Shown piece by piece: positions 36,974 to 43,166 of a stretch of 43,166 bases of DNA. A program made the position numbers and the translations under genes. The DNA is from an uncultured Pseudomonadota bacterium. Its GTDB lineage: Bacteria; Pseudomonadota; Gammaproteobacteria; Steroidobacterales; Steroidobacteraceae. The first letter of the stretch is position 1. Each line of letters starts with the position of its first letter. The DNA is taken from contig CAITAM010000086.1 in NCBI GenBank assembly GCA_903890265.1, forward strand, positions 1-43,166, read 5' to 3'. The notes beneath the pieces are model-generated. The model saw only the letters and a program-made list of their open reading frames with translations, was not told the DNA's origin and searched no databases.

Positions 36974-36988
36974 TGGATTGCCTTTCGC
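36974..36988 (+). promoter_or_regulatory. Sigma-54-like element TGGATT-GCCTT-TCGC upstream of the outer-membrane barrel gene
   Basis: It has GG-N10-GC with correct spacing, 31 nt before ATG 37019. Flanking consensus positions are poorly matched, and such strings occur by chance in GC-rich DNA. Confidence 0.15.
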
Positions 36989-37018
36989 CCCAGTCACGAC
37001 ACCACGAAGCATCCTGAA

Positions 37019-38263
37019 ATGAAACCAAATTGTAATTTTCTGTGTCGGGCGGCGAGCCACAACGCTTGGCTGTTGCTTCCGGTGGTACTGGGTCCCGCGA
37101 TCGCGCACGCCCAGTTTGGTGGTACCGCGACGGCATCGGCCGGACTCGAGCACAACTCCAACGTGTTCGCCCTGCCTTCCGGTGAGTCGCCGGCAAGCCC
37201 GTACGCCGGATCGGGGCAAGGGGACACGCTGACCACACTCGGTGTCGAGCTTCGTCCCACCTACCAGCTCAGCCAACAGAAGTTCCTGATCGGGCTCAAC
37301 GGAAACGACTTCCGGTACAACCATTTCACGACCCTCAACCACCGCGAATACGGGGCGAGCGCCGAGTGGCAGTGGGTTGCCGGCGGAGCGCTGGACGGCG
37401 ACCTTCTCGCGTCCCGAACCCGCGACATGGTTCGTTTTGCCGATGTGCGCAGCAGCGAGCTCTTTCTGCAGACGACGACCAACGCCTCCGGGCGCGCCGA
37501 ATGGCATTTGAACCGGCGCTGGAGCATCGAGGCGCGGGGAAGCGCTTTCGAGAACGACTCGCCGCGACCCAATGCGCAATCGCTAGTCCTGAAAGAGCAC
37601 TCCTATGGTTCGTCCATCAAATTCGGCAATACGGTCGACACGTTTTTCGCGATCGCCGGCGATCGCTACGACGGAACCTACACCGGCGCTGAGGCACTGG
37701 CCGGGTTAAGTCCGAACACCACCATTACCTACCATCGCGAGACCCTGCACCTCGTTGGCGATCGGTCGGTCAGCAAGGACGACGTATTGCACGGGGAAAT
37801 CGGGTACACGAAGACGACCATCAGCACCGGATCCAACTACCCCGGCGCCGTGACGGGGAACCTCAGGTACCGGCACCAGCTGACGGGCAAGACCTCCGTC
37901 GAGGCCGGCCTTCGGCGTGAAGTGGTGTCCTATATCACCACGGCCGGGCAGGAAATCAGCACTCTCGGCGACGTTGGCGCGCTCTGGCACGCCACCGGCA
38001 AGATCGACGTAACCGTGCGGGTGGCCGCTGGCAAGGACACGTACCCGGGCTGGAGCTCCCAGCCGAACGGCCTGCCGTCCCCGACTCCCCTTCCAGAGCG
38101 CAGCGACACGAGCCACCAGGAGAGACTGTCCCTGACGTACACCCCGTGGATTCATGTCTCCGTCGCTCCCTACGTGCAATGGAACAGCCGATCCTCGAGT
38201 ATCGACTCCTACGGTTACTCGCAAGCCATCTACGGGATCGTCATTAAAGGGCTGCTGCCGTAG
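37019..38263 (+). CDS. Outer-membrane beta-barrel protein associated with exopolysaccharide loci (EpsL-like)
   Basis: It has a signal peptide (AWLLLPVVLGPAIAHA/Q) and alternating beta-strand pattern throughout (LSLTYTPWIHVSVAPYVQWN...). The family call is from memory and context. Confidence 0.6.
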   Translation: MKPNCNFLCRAASHNAWLLLPVVLGPAIAHAQFGGTATASAGLEHNSNVFALPSGESPASPYAGSGQGDTLTTLGVELRPTYQLSQQKFLIGLNGNDFRYNHFTTLNHREYGASAEWQWVAGGALDGDLLASRTRDMVRFADVRSSELFLQTTTNASGRAEWHLNRRWSIEARGSAFENDSPRPNAQSLVLKEHSYGSSIKFGNTVDTFFAIAGDRYDGTYTGAEALAGLSPNTTITYHRETLHLVGDRSVSKDDVLHGEIGYTKTTISTGSNYPGAVTGNLRYRHQLTGKTSVEAGLRREVVSYITTAGQEISTLGDVGALWHATGKIDVTVRVAAGKDTYPGWSSQPNGLPSPTPLPERSDTSHQERLSLTYTPWIHVSVAPYVQWNSRSSSIDSYGYSQAIYGIVIKGLLP

Positions 38264-38389
38264 CCACTGACCGCGCGATTTCCGAGGCGTCCCCGACCGC
38301 GCCGCATTCGCCGACAATGCCGGCGATTACCGACCTCATCTGTTCCGCGCGCCCCGGGACCAGCAGCCATTAGCCACGGCAGAACCCAT

Positions 38390-39445
38390 GTGAAGGCCTC
38401 CAACACCATTCCGTCGCTTGATGGCCTGCGCGCGGTGAGCTTTCTCCTGGTCTACGCGGCCCATTCGGGACTCGATCGCGTGGTTCCGGGCGGATTCGGC
38501 GTGACCATATTCTTCTTCCTCAGCGGGTTCCTGATCACCACGCTCCTCAGAGCCGAGTACGATCGCCGCGAGTCGCTGAACCTGAAGCATTTCTGGCTGC
38601 GGCGGGCGTTACGGATCCTGCCACCGTTCTACCTCGTGCTCGTTCTTTCCATCGTCGTCTCACTTCTGCTGGGGCCACCCGCGGTGGTTTCATCCGGCGC
38701 GGTCGCCGCACAGCTCCTGCATTACACGAATTACTGGATGATCGGCCACGGCGGCGGGAGCGTGCCCATCGGGACCAATGTCTACTGGTCCCTCGCAGTC
38801 GAGGAGCACTTCTACCTCATTTTTCCCTGGTGCTACCTTGCGATGCGCCGCCATGGTTTTTCAGGCCGGCAGCAGGCGGCGACTCTCTACGCGGCCTGCG
38901 CTGCGGTCCTGCTGTGGCGTATCGCCCTCGTCATGGGGCTTGGTGCCAGCGTCGACCGGACCTATCTCGCCACGGACACCCGCGTGGACTCCATTCTTTT
39001 CGGCTGCGCGCTCGCCGTATTCAACAATCCGGTCGCTGACGCGCGCCGCTGGCCCGAACGCGCCGTCAAATACGTCCTGTTGCCGGGCTCCCTGGCGCTC
39101 CTCGTCGCGTGCCTGCTGATACGCTCACCGGAGTTTCGCGAGACGCTCCGCTACTCCCTGCAGGGCATCGCGCTCACCGGCGTATTTACCGCCGCGCTAC
39201 TCTTGCCGTATTGGGGACCCTTCAGGCTCCTGAACTCAAGACCGCTGACCGTACTCGGCACGCTGTCCTACCCGCTGTACCTGGTCCACTTCATGGTTCT
39301 GAACGTGTACTCGGTGCTTTGGCCAGGGTCGCCGCTCGGCGTGCGTGCCGTTGCGTCCGCCGCTGTCTCGCTCCTGATCGCCTGGCTCATTCACGTGCTG
39401 GTCGAGCGACCCGCTGCCCGCCTGAGACACCGTTACGCGGCCTGA
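38390..39445 (+). CDS. Membrane acyltransferase family 3 (OafA/WecH-type O-acyltransferase)
   Basis: It reads IPSLDGLRAVSFLLVYAAH...GVTIFFFLSGFLIT, with about 10 hydrophobic segments. The start is GTG. Confidence 0.85.
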   Translation: MKASNTIPSLDGLRAVSFLLVYAAHSGLDRVVPGGFGVTIFFFLSGFLITTLLRAEYDRRESLNLKHFWLRRALRILPPFYLVLVLSIVVSLLLGPPAVVSSGAVAAQLLHYTNYWMIGHGGGSVPIGTNVYWSLAVEEHFYLIFPWCYLAMRRHGFSGRQQAATLYAACAAVLLWRIALVMGLGASVDRTYLATDTRVDSILFGCALAVFNNPVADARRWPERAVKYVLLPGSLALLVACLLIRSPEFRETLRYSLQGIALTGVFTAALLLPYWGPFRLLNSRPLTVLGTLSYPLYLVHFMVLNVYSVLWPGSPLGVRAVASAAVSLLIAWLIHVLVERPAARLRHRYAA

Positions 39446-39514
39446 CGTCGGCTAGCCGCGGGTTCGCCGCGACTTGCACTGCGCGGCCATGGGCCCGACA
39501 AGAGGACCGGCGAA

Positions 39515-40300
39515 CTAGCCGGCCTCGTGGCGGTCAGCCACCACCCGGGCGAGTTGCGCCAGCGTGGTCGTGCTCTTCATGTCCTCGTCGCGCAGGGCTA
39601 CCCGGTACTCGTCCTCGATCGCCAGCAACAGACGCAGGGCACCGAGCGAGTCCCACTCGGGCAGCGTCGCCGGGCTGTCCCCGGGACCCGGCCGGACGGG
39701 CAGACCCAGAATCCGCTGGGCAAGGGCCTGAATGTCGATCTCGTCATCCGTTTCGGTGCTCTGATCTCGCTGGCGGGCAGGCACGCCCGCAACGCTCGTC
39801 CCTGCGGCGACCGTGCCCGAGACCATGCTGCCGCTCGCCACCGTACAGCCATCGCCAAGCGTTGCGCCGCGCAGCAGTGTTACCCGGGCACCGATCGTCA
39901 CGTCCGCGCCGATCACAATGGGCGCCGATTCACCCTCGGCCTTGCGGTCACTGACCGAGTGGAAGTCGCTGTCCATCACCGTGCAATACGGTCCGAGCAC
40001 GGTCCGGGGTCCAATGCGGACCGCGACCCGCGCCGAAATGGCGCCCCCGTAGGAGACGTGCACGTCGTTACCGAGGTCGATCACGCCTCCGCCGATCGTC
40101 ACCAGGTGAGACGGCGACGGATGAGAACAGATCGTCACCCGCGACCCGAGGGTTATCCTGCCGTCGTTCGATATTGTTGGGCGCCCTTCACACCGGACGC
40201 CCTCCCCGACCTCGTTGACGTCACGCAGCCAGCGGCGTTGCGAACGCTGGCGCAGCCACCCTCGCCACCCGGACTCTCCTCGGCCACGGGCCGCGGTCAT
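39515..40300 (-). CDS. Left-handed beta-helix (hexapeptide) acyltransferase fused to a C-terminal carrier-protein domain
   Basis: Hexapeptide repeats are IGADVTIGARVTLLRGATLGDGCTVASGSMV. After a linker comes LPEWDSLGALRLLLAIEDEY, a DSL phosphopantetheine-site pattern. The ATG overlaps the upstream stop (ATGA). Confidence 0.75.
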   Translation of the reverse strand: MTAARGRGESGWRGWLRQRSQRRWLRDVNEVGEGVRCEGRPTISNDGRITLGSRVTICSHPSPSHLVTIGGGVIDLGNDVHVSYGGAISARVAVRIGPRTVLGPYCTVMDSDFHSVSDRKAEGESAPIVIGADVTIGARVTLLRGATLGDGCTVASGSMVSGTVAAGTSVAGVPARQRDQSTETDDEIDIQALAQRILGLPVRPGPGDSPATLPEWDSLGALRLLLAIEDEYRVALRDEDMKSTTTLAQLARVVADRHEAG

Positions 40301-42663
40301 GCCGGACCCGGCATCGACAGGTCGACGACATCGGGCAAGGCGTAGGGCTGCGCGGCATCCCAGACGAATCGGTTCTCGTCCGTCGCCGCGAAACCGGATC
40401 CTTGCCAGAACGTGAGGCAGGGCTTGTTCTTTGCCGTCGGCAGGTACTGGGCGACGACGCGCTCCGCCCCTGCCTCACGCGCCCGTGCGACAGCAAAGTG
40501 CACCATGGATTCCTCGACCCGCCGACCCATGACGCGGCAGCTGAGGACGAAGTCCACGATGTGCAGGTCGGTGCCACGACGCTCAAGACCCAATAGCCCG
40601 GTCAGGCCCGCCTCACCGAGCCGGTCGGCGACGCTGATGGTCCAGAAGGACTGCCCGGGCGTGGCAGCCCAGGTCGTGAGCTCGGCTTCGGTCAACCTTC
40701 GTGTCGCGAGGTTGAGCTGGTTGGTCTTGTTAAGGAGCTGCGTCGCGCGCACGACGTTGTCCGGCCCCAGAGGGCTGGCGGACACGCGGATACCGAGCTC
40801 GCGAAGCCACTCGTCCACGGAACCCACCTGGGCCTTGAGTGCCTCGCGCTGCCGCTCATCGGCGTACATGCGCGTGCGCTCAAGATCCTCGCGACTGCGC
40901 GATGGCGCGTCAAAGCAGCGCAGGGCTTCCAGCGTGCTGCGGTAGAGGAACGGGCTCTTCGGCCACTCGGGCACGAGCACCTCGGGCAGCGCATGGCGGA
41001 CCCGGGCACGCTCAACGGGGTTGTCGTCAATGAAAACGATGGACTGCAAGCCCAGATTCAGCTGTGCTGCGAGCTCAGCGATATTGGCCGCCTTGTCGCG
41101 CCAGTTGATTCGCCAGCCGACGAAGTCGTCAACGCCGAGCTTCATGCCGGGGTGGTTCCTGATTGCCTCGAGCGCGACCGATTCCTCATTCTTGCTGACA
41201 ATCGCGAGCACCACACCGCGGCGCTTGAGGTCGCGAATCGCCGACTGAAAGTCGGCGTAGGCCTCGCCGACCCCATCGAGCCCCCCGAGGCGCAGGTTCT
41301 CCCACCCGGCATCGCCAACGATGCCACCCCACAGCGTATCGTCCAGATCGAGGACGAGCAGCTTGCGTGGACCACCGCTCAGGCTCGCCAGACCGGCGCG
41401 AATGTCCGCCGCCGCCTCACGCAGCACGTCGCGATGAAAGGCCATCTTGCCGAGGTACCAGGCCTTGGTGTTCCACGCCTTCGGCCCGACGGTCATCAGC
41501 CATCGGCCGGCGTCGAGTACGTAGACGTTCGGGAGCTCGGCAAGCGAGGTCATCAGCCGCAGATTCATTCTGGCGAGCACGCTGCTCGCCCCCTGGGTGC
41601 GGCCGTTCGTCAGGCCAAAGCCCCGACGCCAGGGCGGCTGGGCCCACGAGGCCACAAACACCGTCCGGTAGTGGTCCGCGCCACGCCGGATCAACGCGCA
41701 GAAGGCATCCACCTCCGCGTCCACTGCCGCGAGTTCCACGTCTTCGTAGGCGAGCAGACGGCCGAACGCCGGGACTGCCGTCTCGGCAAGAGTCCAGACG
41801 ACCGCGAAGTCAGCGCCCCCGGGCGGCGGCTCCGTAAGAAGCACCTGGGCGACCTGCGCGTAGGGCGCGATGACGGAGGTGTATCGTGAGCCATCCTCGG
41901 GGTCGGCCAGGTCCAGTGCGAGCTCGTCGATCGTGAAATCCGCAACGAGGTGCCCACCGCCCCGGGCGGGCACGTCCGTCGCCGCGACGGGCGGCGGGGT
42001 GGCACTCGGTTGGGTCGCTGCCGCCGACTCTCCCGGCTTCGCGAGGACGCGGGCCGGTATGCCTCCGGCCATCGTGTTGGGTGGCAGATCGGTCTCGACG
42101 ACACTGCCGGCCATGACAACGGTGCCGTCACCGATTTTGACGCCAGGCCTGACCGTGACACGACCGGCCAGCCAGACGTTCGCGCCAATCTCGATGGGCC
42201 GGGCGGCGGCCGGATCGATCTCACCGACGGCCTCCGGCACATCAATGTCGGAGATGATGCAAAACTGCCCGATCATGGTGCCGGCGCCGATTCGCACCCC
42301 GCGCGCCGCGGCGATGACGGAGCCGTAGTTAACCCAGACCCCTTCTCCCACGTCCATCTGCGCGGAGGGACCGACCTGGAACTCGGTGGGAACCCAGGTC
42401 GAGGTCACGGCGACGCGCGGCCCGATGACCAGCCGGCCCCGGTTCTCGACCCGTACCGGTCCCACGGCGCGCACCCCGTGACCCAGTGACTGCGCGCGCC
42501 GGAAAGCCCAGCGGGCGCGTATACGGGCCACGAGCCCCAACGCGATGCCACTCAGTCGCTCGGCGACGGACCTCTCGGGATCCGACTTCAGGCGCGCGAG
42601 CAGTTGCTGAAACGTGCCATGGGAATCGCCTGACGTCATACCAAGTTCCATTTCAGTCGACAT
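40297..42663 (-). CDS. Tri-domain fusion: hexapeptide acyltransferase + FkbH-like HAD-IIIC domain + C-terminal GNAT-like domain
   Basis: The N-terminal part reads IGANVWLAGRVTVRPGVKIGDGTVVMAGSVV. The middle part reads LLVLDLDDTLWGGIVGD...AIVSKNEE...VFIDDNP. The C-terminal part reads LLNKTNQLNL...FVLSCRVMGRRVE. Confidence 0.85.
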   Translation of the reverse strand: MSTEMELGMTSGDSHGTFQQLLARLKSDPERSVAERLSGIALGLVARIRARWAFRRAQSLGHGVRAVGPVRVENRGRLVIGPRVAVTSTWVPTEFQVGPSAQMDVGEGVWVNYGSVIAAARGVRIGAGTMIGQFCIISDIDVPEAVGEIDPAAARPIEIGANVWLAGRVTVRPGVKIGDGTVVMAGSVVETDLPPNTMAGGIPARVLAKPGESAAATQPSATPPPVAATDVPARGGGHLVADFTIDELALDLADPEDGSRYTSVIAPYAQVAQVLLTEPPPGGADFAVVWTLAETAVPAFGRLLAYEDVELAAVDAEVDAFCALIRRGADHYRTVFVASWAQPPWRRGFGLTNGRTQGASSVLARMNLRLMTSLAELPNVYVLDAGRWLMTVGPKAWNTKAWYLGKMAFHRDVLREAAADIRAGLASLSGGPRKLLVLDLDDTLWGGIVGDAGWENLRLGGLDGVGEAYADFQSAIRDLKRRGVVLAIVSKNEESVALEAIRNHPGMKLGVDDFVGWRINWRDKAANIAELAAQLNLGLQSIVFIDDNPVERARVRHALPEVLVPEWPKSPFLYRSTLEALRCFDAPSRSREDLERTRMYADERQREALKAQVGSVDEWLRELGIRVSASPLGPDNVVRATQLLNKTNQLNLATRRLTEAELTTWAATPGQSFWTISVADRLGEAGLTGLLGLERRGTDLHIVDFVLSCRVMGRRVEESMVHFAVARAREAGAERVVAQYLPTAKNKPCLTFWQGSGFAATDENRFVWDAAQPYALPDVVDLSMPGPA

Positions 42664-42858
42664 AAATCCCGGGCGTCACACGGCCGGCCTGCGGCTCTGC
42701 GCCGGCGACTGGCAATGTGACACCGGGGCACCCGTCCGGCAATTGCCGCCCCGTCAAAGTGCGACCGCGTTCGCTTCATCGCTGGGATCATGCCAGTCGG
42801 CCGTGAAACGCCCGTGGCATAACCCGCTCGCCGGCCGGTCCGAAAACCTCGGTGATGG

Positions 42859-43166
42859 CTACGGGAATAGGTCTGCCCGATCGAGCGGCACGCCGGTCGC
42901 GTCCTTTGCCGACAGGACCGGCGCCCCCTCAAGGGGCCACGAAATGCCGATCGCCGGATCATCCCAGCGGATGCACCGTTCGTGGTCCGGGTACCAGTAG
43001 TCGGTCGTTTTGTACAAGAACTCGGCTACGGGGCTCGTGACGAGAAATCCGTGTCCAAATCCAGGCGGAATCCACATCTGCCGACGGTTCTCCGACGACA
43101 GGAACAGCCCAAACCAGCGCCCGAAATGAGGCGACGACGCCCGAAGGTCCACGGCGACGTCGAACA
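42859..43166 (-). CDS. rfbC: dTDP-4-dehydrorhamnose 3,5-epimerase, N-terminus outside the window
   Basis: It reads FDVAVDLRASSPHFGRWFG...MWIPPGFGHGFLV...YKTTDYWYPDHERCIRWDDP. The frame stays open to the window end. Confidence 0.9.
   Translation of the reverse strand, partial: FDVAVDLRASSPHFGRWFGLFLSSENRRQMWIPPGFGHGFLVTSPVAEFLYKTTDYWYPDHERCIRWDDPAIGISWPLEGAPVLSAKDATGVPLDRADLFP

Noticed and set aside
1-43166. I looked for evidence that the 20.7-43 kb locus is a mobile island: integrase, transposase, flanking tRNA, or direct or inverted terminal repeats.
   Set aside because: None of these features is visible in the window. Apart from short AT-rich promoter patches, the composition looks uniform by eye. 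Horizontal origin cannot be judged without genome context.

Overview
The window is visibly GC-rich (about two-thirds G+C by eye, not computed) and looks like proteobacterial chromosomal DNA. I saw no rRNA, tRNA, CRISPR array, transposase or integrase. Many long ORFs in the track are antisense 'shadow' ORFs of the real genes. Positions 1-20.3 kb look like ordinary metabolism and envelope genes: a CoA-transferase and glutaryl-CoA dehydrogenase, a GGDEF diguanylate cyclase, a secreted amidohydrolase, a beta-lactamase-fold serine hydrolase, two tandem FAD/GcvT (dimethylglycine/sarcosine dehydrogenase-like) genes, a TonB-dependent receptor, proline iminopeptidase and a MetA-family acyltransferase. 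Positions 20.7-43.2 kb are an accessory polysaccharide-type locus. Its core is an export/chain-length set (Wza-like, Wzz/EpsF-like, EpsG-like P-loop protein, outer-membrane beta-barrel) with GT2 and GT4 glycosyltransferases and a membrane acyltransferase-3. Two separate carrier-protein cassettes flank this core. (a) The first is an operon of ACP, a cytoplasmic GH2 enzyme, an ACAD-fold flavoprotein, a truncated class-II aaRS-like amino acid:[carrier protein] ligase and DUF1839. An ATP-grasp gene converges on it, and an alpha/beta-hydrolase pair is transcribed divergently from it; the second hydrolase is a two-domain fusion with Asp and Cys at the nucleophile elbows. (b) The second is an LbH-FkbH(HAD-IIIC)-GNAT-like fusion translationally coupled to an LbH-ACP fusion. 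I consider the aaRS-like ligase cassette and its apparent wiring to the hydrolases and the polysaccharide machinery the best candidate for an undescribed system. All product names come from reading the translations by eye; no database search was run. Gene starts are often uncertain by tens of codons.
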